Origin: Octopus sinensis
Taxonomy: Eukaryota
Reading direction: 5' to 3'
Length of the DNA stretch: 64,000 bases
Assembly: GCF_006345805.1 (NCBI RefSeq)
Contig: NC_043000.1
Span: 47,368,001 to 47,432,000, forward strand
The notes under the pieces were generated by a model. It was not told where the DNA came from. It ran no database searches and saw only the letters and a program-made list of their open reading frames with translations. The translations under genes were made by a program, and so were the position numbers. Positions 13,665 through 27,281 of this stretch are shown piece after piece. The first letter of the stretch is position 1. Each line of letters starts with the position of its first letter.

Positions 13665-13952
13665 ATCATCGCGACCGACCAGGCTATCAGATGTTGCTAC
13701 ACATCGCTGATCACAATGTGCTTCGCATTGTTTTAGCCTTCAAATGATGCCACTCCACTGTCTAAGCGAGCAGGCCAACAGAAGAAAGAGTGAGAGAAAG
13801 CTGTGGTGAAAGAGTACACCAGAGATCACCACCACACCCTGCCGGAGCCTCGTGATGCTTCAGGTGCTTTCGCTCAATAAACAATTACAACGCCCGGTCT
13901 GGGAATCGAAACAGCGAGTTCGCTGCCCTAACCACTGGACCATTGTACCTCC
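13665..13952 (-). mobile_element. tRNA-derived SINE, family C, alternative 3' tail
   Basis: Head and body match 29435-29612 (GGAGG..CAATGG..GTGGTTAGGGCAGCG, GTTTCGATTCCCAGACCGGGCG); diverges after CTTTCTCTCACTC. Confidence 0.85.
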
Positions 13953-13964
13953 ACAAAACAGACT

Positions 13965-14870
13965 AATAGATGCGTAGATCTCAGAAGCTTGGAAAATAGG
14001 AGCTAGACCGTATGTATCGTAAATCCTGGTTTCGCTGACGGCCGTCACATCCATAGATAGTGACCTGAGGTTATTGAGCAGGCAACCTTCCAGCGTGACC
14101 TCAAACCACGAACATTTATGCAATCTGCTCTTAAGCCCACCATGATGTTAAGATAGAGTTTGGAGAAGAAACACTGGGCGTCTACTTGCCCTCTGCAACT
14201 CTTTCGGTTTCCTTTGTGAACCCCTTTAAACGCTTAGTAGTGGCTTTTACATTAAGAGTTTCCACGTCATCAGGGAAGCTCTCCTTAATGTTTTTTTTAT
14301 GTATCCAGAGGTGTTCACACAATCATCGGTGTTTCTGGCACTTGAACAGTGCTGCTGCCGAAGATCACACCATCTCTTCCTCGATGTCCTTCGTTTATGC
14401 AGTCTGTCCATTGTGTAAAGCTGTGTCTTTCGCAGCCGTTGCTGCGAATGTATTTTTGTTGTTATTGTTGTAGTGTCGTTGTTATTCACAGTGGAAATAT
14501 TGTTGCCGTTTAAGTTGTCAAGGCTACTGTTGTTTCTGTTGTTGTAGCGGTGGTGGCGTAGGTCATGCTCGTAGACTTATTGTTGCTACTATTGATTGAT
14601 GTATTTCGTATTGTCTCATTTATTGCGAGGAAATCAGCTTCATAATTGGAATTAAATTCCCACGCTGTGATGTTGCTGTTGCTGCTACTGTTGTTTGTTG
14701 CCATAGTGATAGTGTAGTCCAATTTACTTTGAACTTGGTGGGTCTCGCCTTCCCATCCATTTGTGTTTAGAAGGCCAAGGGTTCTATCGTATCTTTCGAC
14801 TCACTATCACAATTGCTCCTTACTTTCGCCTCCATGTCACTTAGGAGGGCAGTTGTCACCATGTATGTTT
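13965..14870 (-). mobile_element. Decayed L1/Tx1-like LINE 5' part (ORF1 remnant and AP-endonuclease N-terminus)
   Basis: ORF 13860..14123 contains LLNNLRSLSMDVTAVSETR, matching the DxxxxxET motif of AP endonucleases. The upstream part is only loosely assignable. Confidence 0.5.
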
Positions 14871-15894
14871 CCAAAATTATTTTTTTCAATACAAAATGAA
14901 TATTTTATTTTTCCGATTTAAGCCTCCAAAGAGGCACACACAGCCAACCAACCAACCAACCAGCCAACCAGCCAACCAAACCTTTGCAATAGTTAGTAAC
15001 AAAATGAACAATAAAAAACAAATTAAAAGGTTTGACTTAAGTGCTAGAAATCACATGCAACATTTCTATCTCAATATGAGAGGTTGGTTAAAATTTAACA
15101 AGCTGTCTGAATCGTCACCATCCTGGGCAAGATACTTAGCAGCATTTCCTCCGTCTTTACGACGAGGTTGAATTACCTCTCATCATTCTGGGATCGATAA
15201 AATAATTACTATTTGAGCACTGGGGTCGACGTAATCGACTAACTTTCCTTTCAAAGTTGCTGGCCTTGTACCAAAATTTCGATACTTTATGAGGGAGCTG
15301 GCAGAATCGTTAGCGCGCAGGGCAAAGCTTTCCGTTTGACTTTACGTTCTGAGTTCAAATTCCACCGAGGTCGATTTTTAATTTGCCCTTTTATACATTG
15401 TATAATATCTTTTACCCGTTACACGTCTTTATATTACCCATCGATCGCGCGTTACACTTTTGTTCATTGTAAATCCTTATTTAAAATTTCTTCACAATTT
15501 TCTTCATTCCTCAAACTCTTGCAAGGGAGGAGGGCAAATAAGGAAACGATTATTATCGTCATTGTTGGTGGTTGTGGTAGTGGTATTAAAATTCGTCTTA
15601 ATATTCCTATTAAAATGGTAGAAGTACAGGACTTCAAATAATATAAGGTTCCCATTATCATTTATCCCAATAAGTTTGATGGAATAAACCGAGTTTTAGA
15701 GCTGAATATAATTGCAGCTGCCCTTTAAGTGAACCTGTGACATATTCCTAGAGAACATCTTATATTTTCTACTTCATCATCAAAGAATGGAATTTCGTGA
15801 GTGCTGGAGCTATAATTGTAATAATATCAAGTAATTATTCTTGCGCGACCTTCATTTAACCGAAATCATGTCTTAACCAAATAGAATTTAACAA

Positions 15895-15952
<58 letters not shown>

Positions 15953-17899
15953 TGTATGTGACGGATAATAAAAATCACTGCGAAGTGTGCAGTATCAGTC
16001 ATCTCATGCAAACAAGTTTGTGTCTGCAGAACTACTAAAAAGATAAGGCAAAAAGCTAGCAAAGTAGTTTTATTATCTAAGGCACAGCAAAAATGGTACA
16101 AGCAGATTTCTTCTGAGAATAATGCGAATAAGCAATGCAATCTATGTATCTTTTGTGTGTAGATGTATATGCAAAATGGAACATATACCACTACGTTTTT
16201 TAGGGACATTTACATAAACCTACATTTCTCTTCATGACAGGCTGATGTAGTTAATTTAAGTAGTATATTTAAACATATTCCATTACTTCTGATCTGACCC
16301 ACAGAGAAGAAAAGTCAACACAATGAATATGTCTCTTGAACTTTTGCCATTCCAAGATGGGAAAGAATCACATGATACTAATAAAAACTAACTACCAGAA
16401 GTTTATTACAAAATTTTGAGAAGACGAATTCCATCCATAATATTTTATCCATTATATTCCAAACTTCTTTATAGCATTACTTTAAGTGTCATTGAATTCG
16501 GAGGATAATAAAATGAAAAACATAATTATTTAGCTATCGGCGTTTTGAGTTTGAATAGGAAATAAAATAATGGGATTAGGTTAAAGAATACAGAATATAT
16601 TAAGGAAAGAGATATTTCAAGATTATTTCTGAAGATTGGGGGGAAAAACAAAATGTTTTAAATACAAAAATAATCTATATTTATTCGATGTTTTGCTTTT
16701 TTTCGATTTTGGTTATTTTTACGTCCAATATTCTATGTCCGCATGTGTCTAACAGATTTTCAGTTAGATTTAATTATCGATATTTAAACTAACCATGGTG
16801 TGGATGACCAAAATCAGAAGTTAATAAAAGAAAATGCATCGAGTGGGCTGTAATTTGTATCCGAGTACTAACTGAGCAGTGTGTCAATGATGACGTATGC
16901 TTCAGTGACCGGGTACATGTCTCTTTAAAATCTTACAATTACTAAAACTTAGGCCAGGACTGATTAAGTGGGCATACAATCAAACGGATTCTCGTCGTAA
17001 CGTAAGCTGCTTTTTCTTTATCAGACATAATCTGTGTTGGATTAACATTACCAATAAACACATTTTTCTTACAGATGTTTGGATGTGTTTTGAGGAATAG
17101 TTGGTTACCAGTTCTAGATTAGGCTACAACTTGTCCAGTATATGTTTGCATTTTGTTTTTTTATAGGATACTCTTGAAGAAGGGATTACGACCATGGCTA
17201 TAGCAGATATTCCCGGAAAGCTGGCGCAGATGTGATTAGTACTCTACTTGGACAACTGAAGGGAGGAAAAACAGCTGGAAGAACTAAATGCAGAAGTTAA
17301 TGTGAGGTCTGGGGAGTAGACACAATATGTACTACGAAAAAAGGGATGTATGTCCTGAGTACCTGAGAGAAGGAAGTATTATGCAAACTCCAAGGAGCTA
17401 AGATGATAGTAGGCATAAATCACATCGGTTTGGCTAAAGGTAGGAATAGAGTTACTAAGCGTGATCGGGAGTTTGCATGTCGCTACTATATTTCGAATTC
17501 TATGTCATCTGTTGTCAGAAGGGGTCTTTAATGTATTTTTAACAATTCTGCACTTTAGCAACATCGTGTGTCTTATGTTGAGCTTCACTCCAAATCAGTA
17601 TGAGAATATTGTATTTATCGGAAACACTGGAAAGCAATCGTTTTGATCAGTTCTCACAGTCACTTGCTACATCAAATATTGACTTTTCAATAAGTTGATC
17701 TATATTTAAAACAGCACACACACGCACACACATGTATGAATGCATGTGTACGGATATGTACATACATCTATGCATATTGTACATATATACATAGGTGAGT
17801 GTGTATGTGTATGTATATATGTGTAGGTGTACGTATGTGCGTGCATGTGCACATCCATTAAAAGTTTGCGTTTTCACTAAAAGTCTTAGGAAGTGTTGA

Positions 17900-18240
<341 letters not shown>

Positions 18241-18354
18241 CACATACCTATATACATCAACTCTCTTCTTAAGTGAAAATAAAATTGAAGGAGGAAATGA
18301 AAAATAAATTGAAAAGAGAGGAAAGTAGGCAAAATGAATCATAGTCATATTACA

Positions 18355-18390
<36 letters not shown>

Positions 18391-18967
18391 CCTCACTCTC
18401 TCATTCTCACACTCACTCACTCTAACACACACATGCACGCAAGCAGAAAGCCATCACATTTCTACGAAACTAATATTTAAAGAAACTAGTCAGTGCCCAG
18501 TAACTATGTTTACATCTGGAACTCTCTCGGTAGTTACATCTTATTCTTCCTGTCTATATAAAAGTGACATAGTATCAACTTATTAACATTGATTTATCGA
18601 TTTATACACTAGACGCAGGCTCCTTGTAGACAAACTGACATAGCATATACCTTAATCATTCTCCTTCCACTTTCTTATGTAGTGCAGACTAAACGCTTAT
18701 TTATTTCATTTTCCTTAAAAAGTAATATATGTTTTTTTTCTTTATTTTTTCAAACCTCACATTGTTGTACATAGACGAACATCAGTAATAAATGCCAAAA
18801 ACACACATTTTCTTTCTGTGAGCGCACACTGCAAACATCCGACGAATGAACATACACCATCACTAGAAAATTACAGCTCATAGATCCGTGCAACAAATTC
18901 CCTTTTGTACTTAGTAGCACACATACACTGGGTTATAAATTAGTATGTATACAGACATATATATATA

Positions 18968-19292
18968 GCGCATGACTCAGTGGTTAGAGCGTCGGGCTCA
19001 CAATCATGAGGTAGTGAGTTCGATTCCCTGACCTGGCTGTGTTGTGTTCTTGAGTATGACACTTTATTTCACGTTGCTCCAGTTCACTCAGCTATAGAAA
19101 TGAGTTGCGACGTCACTAGTGCCAAGCTGTATTGGACTTTACCTTTCCGGTGAATAATACCGTAAAGAGAAGAGGCTGATATGCATGGGTGACTGCTGGT
19201 CTTCTATAAACAATCTTGCCCAGACTTGTGCTTTTGAGGGGAACTTTCTAAGTGAAATCCCATAGTCATTCATGACAGAAGCGTGGCTTTAC
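18968..19292 (+). mobile_element. tRNA-derived SINE, family D
   Basis: A-box TGACTCAGTGG, B-box GAGTTCGATTCC; matches 1105-1430. Related heads at 20700(+), 37095(-) and 41767(-). Confidence 0.85.
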
Positions 19293-19309
19293 TGCATAAT
19301 TTTAATTAG

Positions 19310-19582
19310 TGCACTGGAGGAGAACACTTCCCATGCTCTGTGACCGGCAGAGTAACACGGGACTTTTGCGTGAGGTCTACCTCGAATTACCCTAAGTGGA
19401 CTGCCTCACAATTAGGGAGGCCATTTATTCATTTGCCATTTCTCAAACTTTTATTTATATATCTTTAGTTATATTCTTTAATGCTGCAGTGTATCCCTCT
19501 GATCAATGTAAACCCCTCATGTTTTGTATGCCCTTTGATATTGTCCTCCATATCTTGGACCCTTGTGACCAATAAAAGAAAT
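19310..19582 (+). mobile_element. Probable L1/Tx1-like LINE 3' end
   Basis: T-rich UTR-like tract ending CCCTTGTGACCAATAAAAGAAAT, directly followed by (ATC)/(ATT) repeats. Clade assignment is inference from the tail style. Confidence 0.45.
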
Positions 19583-19953
19583 CATCATCATCATCATTCT
19601 TATTATTATTATCATTATTATTATTATTATTATAGTTAAGCAAATGGAATTGCAGAATCATTATAGAGTTAGTCAAAATGCCCTATGGAATGATTTTTAC
19701 ATCTGCGTTGAAATCCCGCCTGGATGATTTCCCTTTATATCTTTCCGTGGTCGATAAAATAAAGTACGACCAAGTGCAGGGTTTGACATAAGTAACTGTT
19801 ACCTTTCCTAAAATCTGAGACTTTGCATCTACATAAAATAGTTTAAATTGTTGTGCATTTGCGGAAACTTTAGATCGTCAGACGAAATTTCCTTGTAGCA
19901 TTTAATTAAAGCTACATAATAATAATAATAATAATAATAATAATATAATAATA

Positions 19954-19989
<36 letters not shown>

Positions 19990-21864
19990 TAATAATAATA
20001 ATGAGGATGATGATGCTGATGATGATGATGAATATAGTAATGATAATTTTCATGTTTATAATTGAGATTAATACATGCAACTACATTTTGCTAACAGCAA
20101 TATGATTTCATGTCACTAATTGTTTTAGAAATTCTCGTGGAACAATGCTGAAATGAAATATACAGAATATAGAATACAAAACAAGACCATGCTAATTCAT
20201 TATAGAATGGTTTAAGACAAAATGTAATCAACCATTTACATGACTTTATACAATAAGTTGCATAGAATCATATAGCTTTAGTGAATAAGTTGAGGAAAGA
20301 TTTTTCAAGTAATTTATGGACACGAAAGTTAAAATAGTGAATGGTTTTTGAAAGAGATACAATTTAATAACCTTTTAGTAAAATAAAGATATTCAATTTG
20401 AATTCTGAGTTTTAACTAGATATGTATGTATAAGTGTGTGATCGAATGTGCATATGTAAAGTATATACATACATATACACATACATACATACACACACAA
20501 AGACATACACATACACACACAAAAACAGACATATTTATTGAACATATATATATTTATATAAGCACGTACATATGTATATAGATATGGGTGCGTGCATGGG
20601 TCTATGTATATATGTAATGTACGTCAATATGTGCACATACATATACATATACCTGTGTGTGAGTGTGTGTGCATGTATGTATGTGTTAGTGTGTCTGTGT
20701 GGAGGTGCATAGCTTAGCGGTAAAGGTCTTGGATCTCGTAAGATCATGGTTTCGATATTTGGACCTTGTGTTGTTGAGCAAAACTCTTTATTTCCTATTG
20801 TTCGAATTCACTGAGCTGACTAAAATGAGCTATCTTGCGACGGACCGGTGTCCTGCGCAAGGGGAAATTGTAAGGCCCACAGCAAGCGGAAAACCGCCCC
20901 TGTGGGTCTGTATGACTCCCCACTTACTCTAGCATTTCGCCTTCATACGCTAATTGTTTTAGATTCCTGTGCAACCGCGAGAAGACATAGATACCCTATG
21001 GTGCTTTGTAACTACTGTTACAAGTACATTATCAGTTGCCGTCGTTTAGTTTTAGATCAATTAAGCTATATAAGACTGGTGATGTAAAAGGGCCCAGTAG
21101 AATCAGTTTTGTCTTCTTTCTTTTTATATTTTTAGAAAAAATATGAAAATTGGGGGAAATTTAGCAAAGAATTTTTACCATGTCTCTAGTTACCATTGGC
21201 TGGATATATTAGAAGCTAACGAGGGAGAGCATTTATGTGGTCACTCAACCTGTTAGAAATAATAGCCTATCTCTTCAAAATCACATTTTGTTGTTTTAAT
21301 AAAGCAAGGATGGTTTAATTATATGAAAAAAAGAAACAAAAACGAACGGTCGTATTCGGAATACATGTTATCCTAGTTCTAGGCAATGAGAGCCGATGTC
21401 AGGCTAAATAGCAGGTTCTGAATGTTACTCTACTGAGATCCAATAAGATCAAAAACATACATCTCTTGCTTTCACCATTTGGCTTCGTAGACAAGATCCA
21501 CTCCTATCCATCATGTTATTTTTCAAAATAGCAAATGAATGAGTAATCTCCCGTGTCGCATTTAGATTTTAAACACCATTAAATATAGTTTTTGTTTTCT
21601 GATTAAGATGAACGTCCCAATTATTCTGAGTTTTTCAACTCACAACATTACATTTTTCTTTCTATTCTAAGCACCAAGGCCTGAAATTTGTGGAGAAGCT
21701 CGTTGATTACAGTGACCTCAGTGCTCAGTTAGTACTTAATTTATCGACCCCGAAAAGCAATGTCGACCTCGGCGGTATTTGAACTCAGAACGTGAATACA
21801 GACAAAATACCGCTGTTAATAAGCCGTTGATAATAAGCGAGAGACAAATCAGAAGACGCACATA

Positions 21865-22354
21865 CGAGGTGGTATCAAAAAGATCCAGGACTAGCTATGC
21901 TTAATAAAAAATAACTTAGTTACTTAAGTTTTAACATCATCTCCTTCGAAATAGTCACCTTGCGCAAGAAAACAATTGTACTACCGTTTCTGTCACTTTT
22001 GGAATCCGGCCTGGAGGTCATTTTCAATAAGTGAGTTGAGGACCCTCTGCGATTCACTGATGTTACAATGATGTTACAAAGGTGACCTCTGAGCTGCATT
22101 TTCATTTTCGGGAAGAAATAGAAGTGAGTTGGGTGCAGAAGCTATCCCATGTTGTTTTAGGCATAGGAGTGGTTGTGTATAGGCGTAGGAGTGGCTGTGT
22201 GGCAAGTAGCTTATTTACCAACCACATGGTTCCGGTTTCAGTCCCACTACGTGGCACCTTGGTCAAGTGTCTTCTACTATAGCCTCGGGTCGACCAAAGC
22301 ATTGTGAGTGGATTTGGTAGGCGGAAACTGAAAGAAGCCCGTCGTATATATGTG

Positions 22355-22397
<43 letters not shown>

Positions 22398-23123
22398 CTG
22401 TGTGTCTGTTTGTACCCCTAACATCGCTTGACAACCAATGCTGGTGTGTTTACGTCACCGTAACATAGCGGTACGGCAAAACAGACCGGTAGAATGACTA
22501 CTAGGCTTGCAAAGAATAAGACCTGGGGTCGATTTGCTCGACTAGAGGCAGTGCTCCAGCATGGCCACAGTCAAATGACTGAAACAAGTAAAAGAGTTAA
22601 AGAGTAAACTACGAGTGAGGAGAGCTCGGTGACATAAAGAACCCATTTCTTCGTGCTCCACTGATCCGGTCACTTTCGCCGAATGTCCTCCCTCAAACGC
22701 TTTAAAACGTCGCAGGTCTTCCTAATATCATAGCAGGTCTTCCTAATATCTCATTGTCTTTCAAAATGACGTTCTTCTGCTTTTGAAGCTCCCGTGCCAC
22801 TCGAAACATTGCATCGACTCATTGCTTCGTTGCCATAAGTTATCGATGCATGCTCAATGTCTATGTAGCAGACTTCCTAAGTTTAACGCAAAATTTCATG
22901 TTGGATCTTTGTTCTAACTTCTTGTCCATGACAAAACTGCACACTACGGCATACACGTGATCACAAAAACACAAATTCCATAACTTGCCAAATAAACACA
23001 GCGTTGTCACTTAGCACCCTGCCTCATGAAAGTCACTGCTAGCTCTCCCTGCGCACGTAACCGTGTGCTGCCATTTGTTGGCGCGCTACAGAACTAGTAC
23101 GAGAACTTTTTGATACCGCTTCG
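21865..23123 (-). mobile_element. Internally deleted mariner element with a nested SINE
   Basis: TIRs CGAGGTGGTATCAAAAAGATCCAGGACTAG and CTAGTACGAGAACTTTTTGATACCGCTTCG, TA on both sides. Minus strand gives EQRSNMKFCVKLRKSAT (N-terminus) and PTHFYFFPKMKMQLRGH (SPDLAP-region C-terminus). Confidence 0.85.
22182..22606 (+). mobile_element. Family B SINE inserted into the mariner
   Basis: Full-length match to 8640-9050; head segment locally duplicated at 22157-22185. Confidence 0.88.
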
Positions 23124-23214
23124 TATACACATATACGCATAAATACGCACATAGATAGATAAGATACATACATAAATACATACATACATAGCAGAGAAAA
23201 ATAGATAGATAGGT

Positions 23215-23425
23215 AGAGGCGCAATGGCCTAGTGGTTAGGGCAGCGGACTCGCGGTCGCAGGATCGCGGTTTCGGTTCTCAGACCGGGCGTTGTGTGTGT
23301 TTATTGAGCGAAAACACCTAAAAGCTCTACGAGGCTCCGGCAGGGGGTGGTGATCCCTGCTGTACTCTTTCACCACAATGGCGGTGCCCCAGCATGGCCA
23401 CAGCTCAAGAGCTGAAACTGGAAAA
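23215..23425 (+). mobile_element. Chimeric SINE: family C 5' half fused to family B tail
   Basis: Family C sequence to CTTTCACCACAA (23378), then GGCGGTGCCCCAGCATGGCCACAG. Confidence 0.7.
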
Positions 23426-23447
23426 ACGAAAAACAAAAACAAAAAAA

Positions 23448-23628
23448 GATAGATAGAGAGAGAGAAACAGACAGACAGACAGGCAGAGAGATAGACAGAC
23501 AGACAGGCAGGCAGACAGACAGACAGGCAGACAAATAGATAGATAGATAGATAGATAAGTAGATAGGCAGACAGACAGACAGGTAGGCAGGCAGACAGGC
23601 AGGCAGGCAGGCAGACAGACAGACAGAC

Positions 23629-23712
<84 letters not shown>
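23448..23712. repeat. (GATA)n/(GACA)n/(GGCA)n compound microsatellite
   Basis: Directly visible. Confidence 0.97.
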
Positions 23713-25099
23713 GCGACAAGCTTCCACTAAGATTTTGTTCACTAAATTCACTCGCTGGTTATTAGTGAACCAGTTGCGATGGTACAAAGTAGAAGACATC
23801 AGAAGGAATTTCTTTAACTAATTATCGGTTCAGGCATGTCTTTCTTTGCAACTACGTAGCTTCGGGCTTGGTCTGTTGCGGTGTACTTTGAGTAAGTACT
23901 TCTGCTATAGCCACGGTTCGATGAATGGTTTGTGAGTGAATTTGGTAGAAGGAAACCGAGAGTGCGTCGCATGTGTGTGTGTATGTGTGTGTGTGTGTAT
24001 GTGTGTATGTGTGTGTGTGTGTGTGCCTGCGTGTGGGTGCCTTTGTGTTTTCCCTACATTGCTTTACATCCAAAGTTGATGTGTTTACACCCTCGTAAAG
24101 TAGTGCTTCGACAAGTGATCCGGATAGACTGTTTAAAACATTGTAGCGTGGTCGATTTGTTTGATTAAACCCATCAAGGCGGTGCTCCAGCATGGTCGCA
24201 CTCAGATATCTGAAACAAGTACAAGATCAAATTAATAACCGTACCGATAATCTCAGAGAACATGCCTTAGTAAAAGAATACCGTATTTTCATGTACCAAC
24301 CTTAGGGAAATGAGAAATAAAACTTAACTACAAGCAGAATTACACATAATATAAATATTATGCATTTAATCGAATACAACGGATTCAGCTATTGTCTCTG
24401 AATAAGGGTTTTTGCTTTTCGTTCATTCAAAATCCAATTATAAATGATTAGTTATATTATCCTAGAAATTTACGAATATAATGAGTTTTAATAATTGAAT
24501 GACAACGCTCAAGTCGTTGCTGTTTATAAACAACTTCAATATTTATATTAATTTGAAGAAATTTAACAATATTTTGCTGTTTTTCCCTCTTTCCTACGAA
24601 AACCAACATAAATTTATCATTATAAAAATACATGTTGTTTAGCTTTGATTTTGCAGCTCTCATCAATCATTTTATTATTGCCATTCATATATCCCTAAAA
24701 GCTTGAGAAAACCAGAAACCAATGTAAACAAATAATTCCTCTTTTTGTCTCTTGCAAAATGCTTAGCATCATTTCTTTCAGAGTTCAAATTCCACCGAGT
24801 TTGACTTTGCCGTTCGTCTTTTCCAGATCGATAAAATCAGTAAGAATCCAACACTGGCGTCGATGTAATTGACTGGCTTCCTCCCACAAAACTTCGACAC
24901 TTGTGCATAGAGTAGAAATAACTATATAGACCACGGCATTTACTCTAGTATATATTTTATTGCTCTCTATTTAATGAAGAGTTGAGTTTACTATGTCTGG
25001 AAATGAAATTGGATGGTAATAGCTAGAACAAATATTATCCTGCGTCGACTTAACAGACAACAGCAACAGTAAAGAAATACGCATACACAAGCTTATATA

Positions 25100-25319
25100 C
25101 CACGGGGTATGAAAAGTCCCTGGCTTTGGATAAAAGAAAATACATGGGGATCAGTAAATTATGAGTTTTATTCAATATATTCCCCTCTCAGATTCACACA
25201 CTTATTGCAGCCGTCCTTCAGTTTTTTTCCTTAGCCCTCTAAAAGAACTCAGAAGATTGGGCCTTCAACAAGGCTCTTCGCGATACCTTTAAAACCAGGA
25301 ACTTTTCAGTAGCCCCTCG
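25100..25319. mobile_element. Mariner-type MITE (~220 bp)
   Basis: Imperfect TIRs CCACGGGGTATGAAAAGTCCCTGG and CCAGGAACTTTTCAGTAGCCCCTCG, flanked by TA. Confidence 0.65.
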
Positions 25320-25571
25320 TATACATACACAAGCTGGTGCGCTTATATACAAAAACACTTCTCTTTTACATATATATGTGAATGTGTGGCTGTATATTAA
25401 GAAGTTTGCTCGCCAACCACATTTCTGGATCTAGTCCCACTGCGTGGTAATATAGGCAAATATCTTCTACTATAGCCTCGGGTTGACCACAGCCTTCTGA
25501 GTGGATTTGTTAGACGGAAGCAAAAAGAAGACCATTGTGTGTGTGTGTTTGTGTGTGTGTGTGTATGTGTT

Positions 25572-25631
<60 letters not shown>

Positions 25632-26147
25632 CACACATACACACACACACATATTACTTTCTATCTCGATCTCTTTTTATTGACCTCTGCTTCCTTCAAT
25701 TTGTTTATTTAACTGAGCCATCATGCATAAACGCGTATTAGATTTCCTTTAAAATAAATACAGCTACTATTGTCAGAAATTGGCAGCTTTATAAATAGTG
25801 TGATTCCTTTTTTTACAGCTTAAAGTTTATATTACGCTCCATGCGTACAAGATGTCAGTTGAAGCAAACACAGTAAGGAGTCGTACGTAATATTTCTTCG
25901 TTTGGCCCAAAGATTCGAGAAAAGAGTATTTCTTTACACCTACCAAATTCCGGAGAAGAAGAAAAAAAAAGAAAAAAGAAAGCATAAAGTGTTCATTATA
26001 CAACGCTATAATATTGCCTGCTTATAACAATCAGTGTTTACACTACAAGCTGCCAATAGCAGTGGCATTAATCCAATTTGTTTTAGAAATAAGACATGGG
26101 ATGTTTTGTCATATTGTCACCCAACGATGAATGCAAGTAAATAGCTG

Positions 26148-26218
<71 letters not shown>

Positions 26219-27044
26219 TCCAGCTATATTCCTTCTTGAATGTACGATCCAATAAATGTATGTTTGTTCGCATTTTTTTATAGCTATTTTGAAAACGGAG
26301 GGACAATGTTCGTAGTTTTTCCATAGTTCTTTTGATGAGTGAAATTGGTGTTATCAGTATTCTTGAATTTCTGTGAGGGATTATTTCTTTTGACCTAGGC
26401 CAACCTTAGACATATACTTAGATGTAATCCAATTATAACCACAAATTCGTTTTGTAAATTCATCGATAGTATTTTCTTTTCTGTTTTGAAGTCGGTAACG
26501 GTGCACCCGAAGAAAATTTTGGCTGTTATTTCTAGTTAGCTAAGTGACTGTGTAGAAGTGTAAGCACCTTTTTTACTTAAATTTCTATGGTTTAATATAT
26601 ACCGGATCATTATATATTCCGTTGTTACAATTTTAAAACTGTATAACTAGTTTTTATATAAGGTAGATATAATGTAAGAGGAAAGTGAAGTAATTTATTT
26701 CATATCGGCGAATACGTAGAAGCTTTCGCATAAACATCTTTACGACTAAGTTCTGGGTAAGTTAACTGGTTGCTGTAATTCAATAGATAGACCTAAAACC
26801 AGAGGAGTACGTCAGCAGGATGCACCTGACTACTGGCGTTATTTTGTGTTCATGGAAAATAAACTTTACTTTAAATCCATATATATATATACTATATATA
26901 TATGTAATACTGTAAACGGTGGGGGCGAGTGAAATTGGCAAATATCTTACTAGCTAGTAAAGATGAATACTAGCCATCTCGTAAAATCAAACGAGGAATG
27001 TACTTTATCAGGGTGGCTTGCCAGAAATAAGCTATAAAGATATT

Positions 27045-27281
27045 TCAGAAGACTGACCGAGAAGAAAATATTCCGGGATGCTTTATACATGAACATTTAG
27101 AAATACTTGGATTTAGCTTTTTCCGTATTCTGAGATACATAAGAAAGCAAGCTTCTAATATGGTCGATTTTCTACTGTTTGTTTCTTTGTTGACTAGATG
27201 GTCCTCGAAAAGTTTCTGGTTATCCTTGGAGTGCCTGATTCCAGTGTTTTGGAGCTGGTTCTTTTTCCACTTTTCTTCCAT
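27045..27281 (-). mobile_element. Possible Penelope-like GIY-YIG C-terminal remnant
   Basis: KETNSRKSTILEACFL..NPSI resembles the ExNxxKRxILEAxxI..PxLN helix of retroelement GIY-YIG domains. Confidence 0.4.
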
